Positions 25,477-37,300 of a stretch of DNA of 64,000 nucleotides are shown here, piece after piece. The DNA is from Octopus sinensis (Eukaryota). Under the pieces are notes generated by a model. It did no database searches and had not been told where the DNA came from. It was given only the letters and a program-made list of their open reading frames with translations. Numbering within the stretch: position 1 is the stretch's first letter; each line of letters opens with the position of its first letter. Where the stretch lies: assembly GCF_006345805.1 (NCBI RefSeq), contig NW_021832531.1:186001-250000 (forward strand), given 5' to 3'. Made by a program: the position numbers and the translations under genes.

Positions 25477-26540
25477 CAGTCCAGGCCAAATGTTAGAGGC
25501 ACCTTATTTTTTAACTAAAAATTTATATTTGTCGCGAAATTTCGAAAAGTCTAAAAGAATAAAAATAAATTTTCCGTAAGATCGATCAGTTTGCAACAAT
25601 TATAAGTACATCGATGAAATATTTCTGGCAATTTAGACAATGGGAAAAAACAATCCGCCCATATGTTAGAGGCACCCTTTAAGTCAATATTTTGTAGTTC
25701 ACCTTTATTCCTTACAACTGAAAAATTCTTTTCTAAATGGATTCAAAAAGTCTTACAATGACATCATTTTCAATGTTATTCCATACATTTTTGTCTCACT
25801 CCATAATTCCTAAATTGAGGACGCAATGACATTTCTCATTCTATTTTTTAAAATCGACCATAGATTTTCGATTATGTTTGAATCGGCCAATTTCCCAAAA
25901 AATTAATATTATTTTTAGTAAGGTACATTTTCGTCGACCTGAATGTATGATATGTCTCTTCATTTGCTAAAGAAGATACACATCCCCGTACAAATTATCA
26001 AGTCCTTCACTTAAAATTCGTTGATATTCAAGTAAATTGACATTCGAGAGACATATAATGATTGCTTTTTCTTCATTACTTATTATTGCTACACAAATTG
26101 TAATAGATAGCGGATATTTTACCGTTTTGTGACACATTTTAAATGTAATTTTTTTATCAGAGAGCCTCCTGACATACTGTTTTGAGGGTTGGCCCTGCTG
26201 AATGCGGCATTCATGAACAAAAATGACGTGGTTCTACTCCAATTGAATCCAAGTAATTTTGTTGATTTAATATGAAATCGCTTCAATTTTGGCTTTCTGA
26301 TAGAAATACGACTGAAAAGATTAATTTTTTGTAAAATTCTTTTTATGGTCGTTACATTGACTTTTTCGGTGAAGTTACAGTAATTTCGTAACTCATTTGG
26401 ATACTCTTTGTGGTACAATTTAAATACTCTAACCAGAAATATCACCTTTAACCCTAAAATTATTTTATTCTTTTAGAATTATCGAAATTTTGTAAAAAAT
26501 ATGCATTTTTAAAAAAATAGGGTGCCTCTAAAATTGTTTT
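25477..26540 (-). mobile_element. Tc1-like IR/DR transposon relic
   Basis: Terminus CAGTCCAGGCCAAATGTTAGAGGCACC, inner repeat at ~25663, inverted GGGTGCCTCTAA at ~26520. Remnants RISIRKPKL, YQRILSEGL.NLY and GNWP. Confidence 0.7.
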
Positions 26541-26944
26541 TAGTGTCAATTTTTAATTTATGTCAAATAAAGATATTCTCGATTTATAGCAGCGGTTCTC
26601 AACCTTTTTTAGACTGGGGACCACTTTTGCACTATAAAATTTTGTGGGGACCACCTTAAATAAAATAAACATTTTTTGGTATTAGCGCACAATTTTTGTT
26701 TCTCTTAACGACGAACACATAGTTTTTGAACAAAGTGCATATTTGTGCAATGCACAATGTCTTGTAACAATATCAGGAACCAAATCCTTAATACGAGTAA
26801 CAAGTCCAGATTGATGACCAATCATCGCAGGTGCACCATCAGTACATATAGATCCAACATTATCCCATTGGATTTTATTCGTCTTCATAAAATTGTCAAA
26901 AATATTAAAGATGTCCTCTCCACGAGTGTGTCCATCCATATTGT

Positions 26945-27261
26945 TATTTTTCGAAAATTCCTGGGGACCACTAAAAATTTTCTGGGGACCACGATTGAGA
27001 ACCGCTTGATTAATTTCAATGTTTTTGATTTATACTTAATTGTACAATTAGTTTTAACTTTAATATATTTTTATTTTTCGAAAATTCCTGGGGACCACTA
27101 AAAATTTTCTGGGGACCACGATTGAGAACCGCTTGATTAATTTCAATGTTTTTGATTTATACTTAATTGTACAATTAGTTTTAACTTTAATATATTTTTA
27201 TTTTTCGAAAATTCCTGGGGACCACTAAAAATTTTCTGGGGACCACGGTTGAGAACCGCTG
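26945..27261. repeat. Tandem 127-bp repeat (~2.5 copies) of the hAT right end plus flank
   Basis: tcgaaaattcctggggaccac recurs at 26951, 27078 and 27205. Confidence 0.92.
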
Positions 27262-27324
27262 TTCTAAAGTGTCATGTTCATTTATTCATAATGACAGAAA
27301 TCAAAGCACTGATTGTTATTGCTG

Positions 27325-27740
27325 ATCATCAATTCTCAATCAATCAATCAACAACTTTATTTAGGTAACATATGGATAGTATGTGGGGTAATAATTAATG
27401 AAACGGTAAGGCTTGCTCACCGACTTCTTCCGCGAAACAAAAAGAAAGGAGGGACCCCAACCTCTCAGTATAGAATTACCTTTGCAGGTAAGTCCCAGTG
27501 ACTGTTAACCAGAATTTGTAGTTTTTGATGCTTTTTTCAACGATTTCCCCCACCGTAGGCGTTTTAGCCTCGAGCCATGGGGGAATCGGGCATTCCAGGC
27601 TTTGGGAATAGGCGATTTTTAACGCCAGTCTCCGAGTTTTCTCAAAATTCCCGATAATGGAACTCCTTTTTCTAGAGAAGTACCATGCCTCTTTTCCAAA
27701 TATAAGTCCTGGTAAGATCACCGTGTTTTTTTTCATCTTT
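27325..27740 (-). mobile_element. 3' end of a Jockey/CR1/L2-like LINE
   Basis: VILPGLIFGKEAW...EKTRRLALKIA...PTVGEIVE resembles the post-RT region. Followed by AATAAA and a (TTGA)n tail. Partly duplicated in inverted orientation at 28812-29100. Confidence 0.55.
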
Positions 27741-28329
27741 TATTTTTACAAAATAACAATAACTCAGTTAAACACCACAAATTCTTTTATAGTACTGTCT
27801 TTCTGTGTTAGATAATAAATTTGAAATTGACTTTTTAAATTCTCGTATTTTTTTCTCCATTGCTCGTCTTATTTAATAAATAAATTCATTGGTCTCTTAG
27901 TTTGCTTTATTAAGATGTATTTCAGCTTTCCTGATGGTTTGGTTTGCGTGGAATGCCCACAAAAAAGGAACCACTAGAAATGTCTTAATTTGAATTAAAC
28001 ATTCTGATTTTTCACATTTTGTGTTGAATAAAAGGATGCCTCAATGATTAGATTCACAATAATATGTTTGTAGCAGGGACAATTGCTCTTTTGTTTGAAT
28101 TTGATTTTAAAAAGTTTAAAACTTTAAAGTATTGTCATCATTCTAATCAACAAAAAATATTTTAAATGAAAAAAGAATATTTTTATTTAAAATTTAAAAA
28201 AGGACATCTTTTTCCTTATATGTCCCGGGTAGGACAACCCATTTTTGAATTTTCATATTTTTTTTAATCTGTCTCATAACACCAAGTAGTGGCACTATTC
28301 AACGTTTTTTTAGCCGGTAGCACAATACC

Positions 28330-28700
28330 ACTGCTAGCACTGTGCCAACCGGCCATTATGAATGCCTGAAAATGGTTGCTCTCAAAGTCCTCTTTCGTTC
28401 AAGACCAAATTTATACTCTTCCAGTTTTTCAAAAGTTTGGAAAAACAGTCGACTATCTGTCTGGGAGGGTGAATTTGACTCGAAATATGCAGTTGTCGGC
28501 GGGTTATTTGCAAGATAAGAATATTTTTGCATACACGGGATCACTATGCGTCAATTGCAAAAAAGCAGACAGTGATTATGTCCGAAGACATAATAAAGTG
28601 GTAAAGTGTATCAAGAGTTGCTCCCAAAAGACCTTGGGGAGTGAACAGCAAGTTTTTTGCGGATGGGAAAAGACCAGAGCAGGGAAAAAATGATCAGTTG
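28330..28700 (+). mobile_element. Degraded RLE-type (R4/Dong-like) retrotransposon relic
   Basis: ...FVQDQIYT... and CKKADSDYVRRHNKVVKCI resemble the QDQ and CCHC/Y..RH..V motifs of R4-like elements. Confidence 0.4.
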
Positions 28701-29475
28701 AGCACTTGTCAACATAGCAAAAGCTACAGAAAGAAGAGATCAAATGGTTCATTAAGTGAGGTAAAAGTTTAAAAAGTGGTAATAACACAAGCGAAAAAAG
28801 GCAAGGTTGATCGTTAAAAATCGCCTACTCCCAAAGCCTGGAATGCCCGATTCCCCCATGGCTTGAGGCTAAAACGCCTACGGTGAGGGAAATCGTTGAA
28901 AAAAGCATCAAAAACTACAAATTCTGGTTAACAGTCACTGGGACTTACCTGCAAAGGTAATTCTATACTGAGAGGTTGGGGTCCCTCCTTTCTTTTTTGT
29001 TTCGCGGAAGAAGTCGGTGAGCAAGCCTTACCGTTTCATTAATTATTACCCCACATACTATCCATATGTTACCTAAATAAAGTTGTTGATTGATTGATTG
29101 AGAATTGATGATCAGCAATAAAAATCAGTGCTTTGATTTCTGTCATTATGAATAAATGAACATGACACTTTAGAACAGCGGTTCTCAACCGTGGTAATTC
29201 TATACTGAGAGGTTGGGGTCCCTCCTTTCTTTTTTGGTCCCCGGGGACCACGGTTGAGAACCGCTGATTTATAGAATGTCATCGTCCGTTGAATGGACAC
29301 GCCGTTGAGTGGACACTTTCAAAATCTCATTTATTTCAATGAGTACCGATTGTCCTTATCTTGGATTATCCATAAATTTTTATGAAATGAAATTTTAATT
29401 AATAATTGTGAATAAATATTAATTTAAAAAAGTGTTGTTCAGTTGTGTAATAAAGACGTATTTTTTACCCGACAG

Positions 29476-32467
29476 ATGTACACAAAAATTTGCAAGATTG
29501 TCAGAACTGGACAATTCCATTCGATAAAAATTCAAAAACGAGATTTTTGGGGTCAAACCACAAAAACCCGAAGACTAATCTCTATTCGTCGCATAGTAAT
29601 CATAGGAGGAACTGGAGGATCTCTATACTACATAGGCAATGTAACAACTCTTAATAAAACGGGCTAGAAAGTGAATGAAATATCCAACATGTTTCCTGTG
29701 ATAGATTTTTCACGACTAAAGAACTGGAGTGATTTAATAAAGCAGTCAATCACCGATTGGGGGATTGAAAGTCATGTGGATTTAATTAAAAGCAAACTAA
29801 TCTCTTCCGAAACCACCAATAAGGAGTCCTCAGGAGAATATCAAGACAAAATGGAGAAACTTCAAGAGTCACTTTTCCAGATTCAAGTACTCATAGAAAA
29901 TTAAATTTACAGACAAAATACCAAAAAGAGGTGACTCGTTTGGAAAACGAAAACAAAAACCTCCGACACGAACTAATCCTCCGAAAAGCAAAAGGAGGAA
30001 TAAAACATACAAGAAGATCAAATGTATATTTCCTACAACTAGAAACAGAAATTACTGATCGACATGTATTCAGAGACATTGGATGAATTGGCCCAATTTG
30101 GATCTGAACTTTCGGGGACTTTAGAATTGACGGATTGTCTACCCCGAGTTGTGGTGGTGGGGGATCAAAGTTCGGGAAAGACGAGTGTTCTTGAAATGAT
30201 TGCACGTGCAAGGATATTTCCTCGTGGATCGGGCGAAATGATGACTCGATCTCCTGTAAAAGTGACACTAAGTGAGGGTCCTTATCACATTGCTCGATTT
30301 GGAGGAATATCTAAAGAATATGACCTCACAAACGAAGAGCAAACAGCACTTTTACGTAGTGAAATTGAGATTAAGATGAAAGAAAGTGTTTCCGAGGGGC
30401 GGACTGTGAGTGGAGAGGTAAGAAAGCAGTCTAATCCGGTAGTGTGTCTCACTCAGCATTGAAGGACCGGGACTTAAAAGAATGGTACTGGTTGATCTCC
30501 CTGGGATAATAAGCGTTGTTATTTGTATTTATATTATAGACAGTGACATCAGATATGGCCACAGAGACAAGGGAGGATATCAGAAGTATGTGTCAGCAAT
30601 ATATAAATAACCCGAATGCTATAATTCTGTGCATTCAGGGTAGATTATAGTCGGGGATTGTAGATGGATCTTTGGACGCGGAGAGGAGTAATGTGACGGA
30701 ATTGGTCAGTCAGGCTGATCCCCATGGACGGAGGACCATTTTTGTCCTCACAAAAGTTGACGTGGCTGAGGCCAACGACTACAACCCACATCGAGTTTTT
30801 TATATTGATTTATGTCCAGATTAGACAGATTTTGCAGGGTAAGTTATTCCCTATGAAGGCTCTGGGATATTTTGCGGTAGTGACAGGGAGAGGGAACGTG
30901 GATGATTCGATTGAGACTATCCGACAATATGAGGAGGATTATTTCGCCAATTCAGTTTTTTACAAGTAAAATGTTGTCATAATGTAAGAAAGGGGTTTTT
31001 TGATGCTTCACAAACAACCACTTCGAATTTGAGTTATGCTGTTTCCCAGTGTTTTTGGAAGATGGTCCAATCCTCGGTTGTTCACCAATTCGATGCCATT
31101 AAAGGTAGGAAAATGGAATTATCTTAGCTGTCCGGTTTAATTTGGAAACTGAGTGGAAGAACAACTACAATAATCAACGGGAAATGGACAGACAGGCTAC
31201 ATTCGATAAAGTCAAGAATGAGATTCTCGATCAGTTTACTCGAATAGCCCGACTGACTTATGGAGAGTGGGAATCACATCTACAAGACGCCCTCAGTGGC
31301 AATGTCCTTTCTGAACTACTTGAGCGTATATTGGGCATTAGAATGACCGGATCTTGTGATTTGCAGACTTTATCTGACATTGAATTACGCCACTGGGTGG
31401 ATTACAATTTGGCAGGACAGTCAATTGATGTGGGACTGTCTGTATTGCATGGAATAGTCACTCAGACATTCCTTCACGATGTTTTAAAAGACGACACATA
31501 TTCTCTCCGTAAATATATTGTTCAACAAGTGGTGGGTCGACATGAATGGGATTCCAAGGCAGATAGTGCTCTGGTAGTATTTGGAGTCCTCAGTCTGTAG
31601 AGAGTCATCCAGTTATCTGCTTTGGAGGATTCTCAAATCAATGATAAGAAAGAATGGGACTCTGCATTGGATCTGATGAGGACATTCTTCAACCATCGTC
31701 TGGCCGACTGTTGATTGGTTAGTTTATATTACCAGTAAATGAATCAATCCAATCGGCCAAAGGTCCTTCTTTGGCTAAATCATGGCTCACATGGACTTAT
31801 TCAACATTTGAACAAAAAATGGCGTCTGAAATATTGCAGCAACTGGAAGTCTTGATGAAACGTAATAAAGTAATCAAATACTAAATAATACTCAGCAATT
31901 GACTAACGATGAGATTATAACGATAAGAGGCAATTTAGAGAACTCAGGATATAGCAATGTGCCAGAAGATAAGGTCGATATTGTTTTATATTTCAAAGAT
32001 AAAACTTTATTGGTCTCTTTTAAGTCGTCGTCAAGTTGTGGAGAATGCAGTGAGAAGGGCATCTGATTGTAGTGATGCCTTTTTCCATTATAAAAATGGA
32101 TTTGTAGACGATGAGGTGACCAAGGTTGATGATTTGTAGATGGATTGTTCTGATGTAGTGCTATTTAGCCGAATTCAGCGGATTTTGAATAACACAGCTC
32201 ATTCTCTCCGTTTACAGATAACGAACAATGAAGGTATGTGTGGATGTGAGTATAGGACAGTTCGGAGAATTGAAAATGTGGCACAGGATGTCCTCAATGA
32301 CTTGGGAGATGGGCTAATCCCGCTTGAAGAATTTTTGAACAGCAGGAAAATTGAATTGGCTGAACAACTCAGTAGATTTTGTATATTTTAATTATAAAGA
32401 ACGGGTTCGTTACATGCAGGGACTTTTGGAGGAGTTTATAGAACGGCTAAAAAGTGATAATTATTAA
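29476..32467 (+). CDS. OPA1: OPA1 mitochondrial dynamin-like GTPase, multi-exon
   Basis: Basic N-terminal presequence plus hydrophobic segment. [95 protein letters not shown]. Confidence 0.96.
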
Positions 32468-32665
32468 CGAGTTTATATTTGTCACATTAAGTTGCATTTT
32501 TATTGCATTTTTTGATAAATTGTTTGCGTTTAGCTTTTTCGGAGTATTTTTTGAAACTGATGAATATAAAAGTGATTTTGGACGGAAAAATTATTAGTTA
32601 TATAGAAAAATAATATTAATTAAAACCAATTGAAATTAATGAAATATTTATCGGTAAATAAATAA

Positions 32666-33862
32666 ATGAACAATCTGACCTTGGTTGGGCCCTAACTTGT
32701 TTTAACAAGAGTACTAAAATTAAAAATATAGACCAAGTGGAAACATTTAATCTCGGTGAGTTTTTGAAGACTCGCACATGCTTCGATCTAATGCCTAAGA
32801 ACTCACGTGTTCTTGTAATTCACCAAGAACTAAAGGTAACCACATAGCTATCTATTCTAGACCAGTCAGGCTTTTCAGGCACTGATCCTAAACGGAGTTC
32901 GGGCAGCCCCGGTATGTGACAAACTCACAATTATCGGTATATAACTGTAATCAATTTTTAGGAATGTTAACCATAACCGATTTAATGAAAATACTCCTCA
33001 AACATATCCAGGGACGAATGGAGGAGGAAATTGGAGATCTCACCGTCCGACAATGGCGGGGTACTTTTCTGTGGATTTTATTGGCTTAGAATTGACTAAA
33101 ACTTCAACTCAGCCTTTGACTTTTATTCTCTCTAAACAATCTCTTTGGGAAGCAATTCACACTCTTCTGGACGCCCACGTGCATAGATTGCCTGTTTTTG
33201 ACTCACTGGCCTTGTTTAATCCAATGCAAATAGTCACTTTGAAAAGAATACTTAAATTTATGTTCATTTCTGTAAGAAATTTGTCTTATGGTCAGATGGG
33301 TGGGAATGTCCCTATTTATATGGATTCTTCACTCTTCTCCCTTCATATTGGGACTGTCGGAAATGTGATTTATGTTAGTAGGGATATCTTTTATATTAGT
33401 GTGATGAGACTACCACTTTATTCCAGGCTTTATTGACTATGACTAATCATGGAATATCTTCCCTTCCTTTGATCGATTCAAAAACTAATCACATTATCGA
33501 TATTTTTTCAAGATTTGACTCCATAGTAAATATATATTTTATTTTTAAGAACATTGCTGCCGAACCGAGTCGCCAATTTGGAGATCAAGTGGAAGAAACT
33601 GTATCTGAGGCTCTCATGCGATACTATGTTACCTTTATTATCCATTTAGACTGATTAGTCGTTTAGAAGGCGTGTGCATTCATGTGTGTTGGAGGACAGT
33701 CTGTTTGTTGTGATTGAACGAATGGTGAGATTCCAAGTATTCATTTTTCACATTTTTTAGGTTCATAGATTGGTCATTGTCGATGTAGAAGATGAATTGG
33801 TTGTTAGAGGGATCGTCTCGCTATCGGATATCATGAAATACATTCTTAGAGTTCATCAATAA
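32666..33862 (+). CDS. PRKAG1: AMP-activated protein kinase gamma subunit (CBS domains)
   Basis: FLKTRTCFDLMPKNSRVLV, AF.ALI.NGVRAAP, MLTITD, VHRLPVFD, ISSLPLID, VHRLVIVD...GIVSLSDI. The paralog number cannot be determined; start inferred via a 26-nt intron. Confidence 0.88.
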
Positions 33863-34459
33863 TATTTTTCTAATCATTTTCTTGAATAAAATGGTTTTAA
33901 GAAAGTTAACATTTTTTAAAAATACAAGTATGATATTAAAAAGTTGATATTTTTAAATGTTTGTCGCGTCGATTGAGTATTTTTATTAAATTGAGATTAA
34001 TTTTGTTTAAACAGTGGAGTTATCTGTGATGATGCATAGTGATGCAAACCAGCCTCTTTAGTTGTGCAGGTTTAAGGGATTTCAAAGGCGTGTTGATTCT
34101 AGTCCGACTGTAATTGGTATTATACCATTATTCTTAACCTGTCTTTGTATTCTATCGATGTCAGAAGTCTTGTTTTTAGCGTCTAGGAATGAAAATCTTC
34201 CTTCTTATAAAAGGCGAGTTTTTTTTTAAAAACTCATCGGGGTTTGAATTAAGGGAAAAGAAGGCATTTTCTATTCATTATCGAACAAAATATCACAAAT
34301 AACTTGGTAAAATAATCCAAAATTACATTTTCTCGATTGCGACTTTGGTTTTTTTGCAGATTTTGTGTCATTTGCCTTACTTGCGTAATTTTCTAAGGAA
34401 TGTAAAAAGATATAACGAAAAAGTATTAGTTGAAAACTATTCTGTCTTTATAAAATCCT

Positions 34460-36041
34460 TGTCACCGGCTGGATAATGCCCTGGGTTGGATAATACCCCC
34501 TCAACATTATTTTAAAAAAATAAATATTTTTTCAAATTAATTTTGATTAGATTTTTTGATTTTCTTAATTATTTTAGTAATTTAGCAAAGTTTTTTTTCA
34601 AATTAATCTAGCGTGCAAATTTATTTTGGTTATCTAAGTTTTCCAATTTGAAAAAATAATAAGTATAATTGATCCAATCTATATTTCAGAAATGGTTTTA
34701 CTTAACCTTACCAAAGATGAACTTGAAGTAATCAAAAATATTCAAATAGATGTTTTTTATATGGACCGATTGCAGATTTAGTGGATTTAAGAAGGTATGC
34801 TAGCCTCAATAGCGATAATGGATGGGTATTTCTTTTTGTATAAATTGTAGTTGGTTGTGGTTATATACTCATTTTCTAAATTCGCAGTTGTAAAACTTGC
34901 CAGGCGGAAATCAGCGGAGGAAATTACTAGAAAATTAAAGAATATTTTTTACATGATTGGTCCCCCATTTATTCTACAGACGGATAATGGGAAAGAATTT
35001 AAGAACAAATGTATGGAAACAATGTGTAATGATCTGAAAATCATACATATAAGTGGACGCCCTAAAGCACCATGGATTCAGAGTCATGTAGAAAGGCAAG
35101 TTATTTGTAAATTTATCTTTAGATTCAATCAATCGATCAAAAGGTGGATTAGCTCAGCTAGGGCCTCAAATGGGTCTTTTGGAGGCTATAAAGACTTCTA
35201 TCAAGAAATCTTTTATAAATATTTTTTTTAATCAATGACAAATAATATTAAAACAATAAGGACCTGAAAAGATAGCTAAGCTAATTTCTGGCCTCACGAG
35301 ACACCCGGCCAGCCTCGCGAATGGCGAAGCCGTTCCCTCGGATCACAGCAATCGACAGACGTTCCAGGAGCCAAGAATACTCTCTTGGATCGTGGCTAGT
35401 CCTTGAAATCCGTCGGCCGAGCGAGCGAAGGAAGCGGAGTGTCTTGGGGCCGAAAATCCCGGAGGACTCCACGGCAATTGGAGTAAAGAACAGCGAGTTG
35501 GAAAGATAAATATAACATGGCGAAGCATGAAACCACCAAGAGGACACCTTTCGAAATAATGCCCTACTGAGACATGATATTGATGCAAATCCAAATAATC
35601 GAAAATACCCCCTATACGATCAGATCGATTCAACTATATATGAAATATCGGAAGTTGATAAAGACACGTGCGCACTTAAAGATCTGAATGACGAATCATC
35701 CAAAAATGTACACAAAAGTCCTATAAAAAAATATGACTCTTGTAAAAAAATTTTTATATAATAAAAATTCATGAATTTTTAATATTTGTTTTTAAATGGT
35801 AGACCTAAAAAATTGTATAATTATAATAAAAAACGTTATTGATTCGGAAAAATTGGTGATGCCGGTTTTTGCCGACTCTTGGAAAAATTCATTCAATCAA
35901 AAAATTGATAAAAAATTGAATAAATCGACTTAATTTCATTATCAAGTTATTTTTAATTAATTATCAGGTTATTTTCGTTTGATTTTAATAAAATTTTTAA
36001 GGGGGTATTATCCAACCCAGGGCATTATCCAGCCTGTGACA
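34460..36041 (+). mobile_element. Ginger-type (Gypsy-integrase-related) DNA transposon, defective
   Basis: ~42-bp TIRs TGTCAC(C/A)GGCTGGATAATGCCCTGGGTTGGATAATACCCCCT. 5-bp TSD ATCCT (34455-34459, 36042-36046). Integrase ...FSKF, ILQTDNGKEF, GRP..PW.Q..VERFN, YN...HETTKRTPFE. Confidence 0.9.
35223..35505 (-). mobile_element. CRE 3'-end insertion inside the Ginger integrase
   Basis: PIAVESSGIFGPKTLRFL...WLLERLSIAVIRGNGFAI. 8-bp TSD ATAAATAT (35215-35222, 35506-35513). Removal restores integrase FYKY|NMAKHETTKRTPFE. Confidence 0.92.
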
Positions 36042-36199
36042 ATCCTTTTTAGAAACTAATTTAAAATACAGTGGATTTTATTTTTAACGAAAATTCGAAT
36101 TTATTTATTTTTACACATAAAATTAGTTATTAAAAGTTTTTTTCCTTTTTTATATCTTGCCTTACACTTGCACCCATAATTGGTATATTTACAGGTGAA

Positions 36200-36799
36200 T
36201 TTTTTAAAATAAACTTTTCGATATTCTTAATTCCAGACATTACATCTCAGAAACTAATTTTCTCTATATCTCATCATTTTTATTTTCTTGATCCTTATCT
36301 TCAGAGGAGTCAATTGTTTCCAAAAATTCTTCATCATTGTTGCTGCAAATTTTATAGGTACAATTTTCATTATCATCTGAAACCGAAGAGTCCTCCTTAA
36401 TAGTAGAGTCATCCAGAGTATCATGCTTTGCCCAAATGTTAAATGCTCTTCAAAGCAATTCGTTACTGTTGTTCTTGTAATTTCATCCCACGCTTCAATT
36501 ATTAATTGTTTGGATCAACTAGTTTGAAATTTCAGATTTTTTCATCTTTGAGATCATAAGATGACATTTTCGATAAAAATTCAGCATGGATTTCATATAC
36601 AGGATTGACTAATTGTTCATCTCCTGATATAGTACGAGATTTTATTACAAATTTATTCTTAAATCCATGTACTTGAAGCTTTAAAATTTGGAAATGAGAA
36701 TTTTTTGCAATTTTTATTGCCATTTGTTGTAGCATTCCATTTGTAATACAGTAGCGTGCAAATGTTCCGGACTACCAAATTATTTTTCAATTCTAAATA
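36200..36799 (-). mobile_element. pogo/Tigger relic (HTH plus acidic C-terminus)
   Basis: MLQQMAIKIA...FKASSTW...FKNKF.IK.RTISG; W.EITRTT; acidic tail. Confidence 0.6.
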
Positions 36800-37013
36800 G
36801 CCTCTAACCTCGGCCTTCATCAGCGACATCGAGAGGAAATTGGCCCACAGGACGAAAGAGCCACGCAATGTTTCGTGGTTATTGCAGCGGATATCCATCG
36901 CCATTCTCCGTGGCAACACGCATGCGGTACTTTCCGCAGAAGGGTGCGTGCTTTAGCCCCCCCGGAGTTTCCCCTCTGTACATTTCTTGAATAATTAAAT
37001 ATAATTTTAAAAA
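36800..37013 (+). mobile_element. CRE 3'-end insertion
   Basis: FISDIERKLA...EPRNVSWLLQRISIAILRGNTHAVL. 11-bp TSD AATTCTAAATA (36789-36799, 37014-37024). Confidence 0.88.
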
Positions 37014-37158
37014 AATTCTAAATATATTTGGCAGCTACTGTTTGACTTTCTTAGACAAATTTGAATATTAACTGAATAAATAAATTTTATACTTTTTCTT
37101 TTTTATAAAATTTTACAATATTGAATTTTTAGCAGTTACTAAATTTTGTTTTTTTTAA

Positions 37159-37300
37159 TATGTTAATTAAACGAACAATTAATTATTTAGTATTTAATTA
37201 GCAGCAGAGGATAAGATAGAATGGCAATTACCACGCAAGATGGCTATTGATATGCGTTGGAAAAGCCATGTCCGTTCCCGATGATCATTTCTCCTTCTGC
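37159..37300 (-). mobile_element. Very short CRE 3'-end insertion
   Basis: RRNDHRERTWLFQRISIAILRGNCHSILSSAAN*. Flanked by ttttttttaa at 37149-37158 and 37301-37310 (low-complexity TSD). Confidence 0.8.

Larger units (their letters stand above)
27242..29195. repeat. Long inverted repeat; arms ~27242-27624 and ~28812-29195
   Basis: Arms are near-perfect reverse complements with only a few substitutions seen; spacer ~1.19 kb. Confidence 0.93.
26590..29266. mobile_element. Composite hAT (Buster/Charlie-type) unit with captured DNA
   Basis: Outer TIRs CAGCGGTTCTCAACC / GGTTGAGAACCGCTG. 8-bp TSD ATTTATAG (26582-26589, 29267-29274). Transposase remnant TRGEDIF...ICTDGAPAMIG...HCALH at 26682-26939 (-). 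Confidence 0.9.

Noticed and set aside
28943-28951. U1 snRNA 5' end (ACTTACCTG)
   Set aside because: The match is only 9 nt, with no U1 stem-loops or Sm site, and it lies within a LINE 3' coding remnant.
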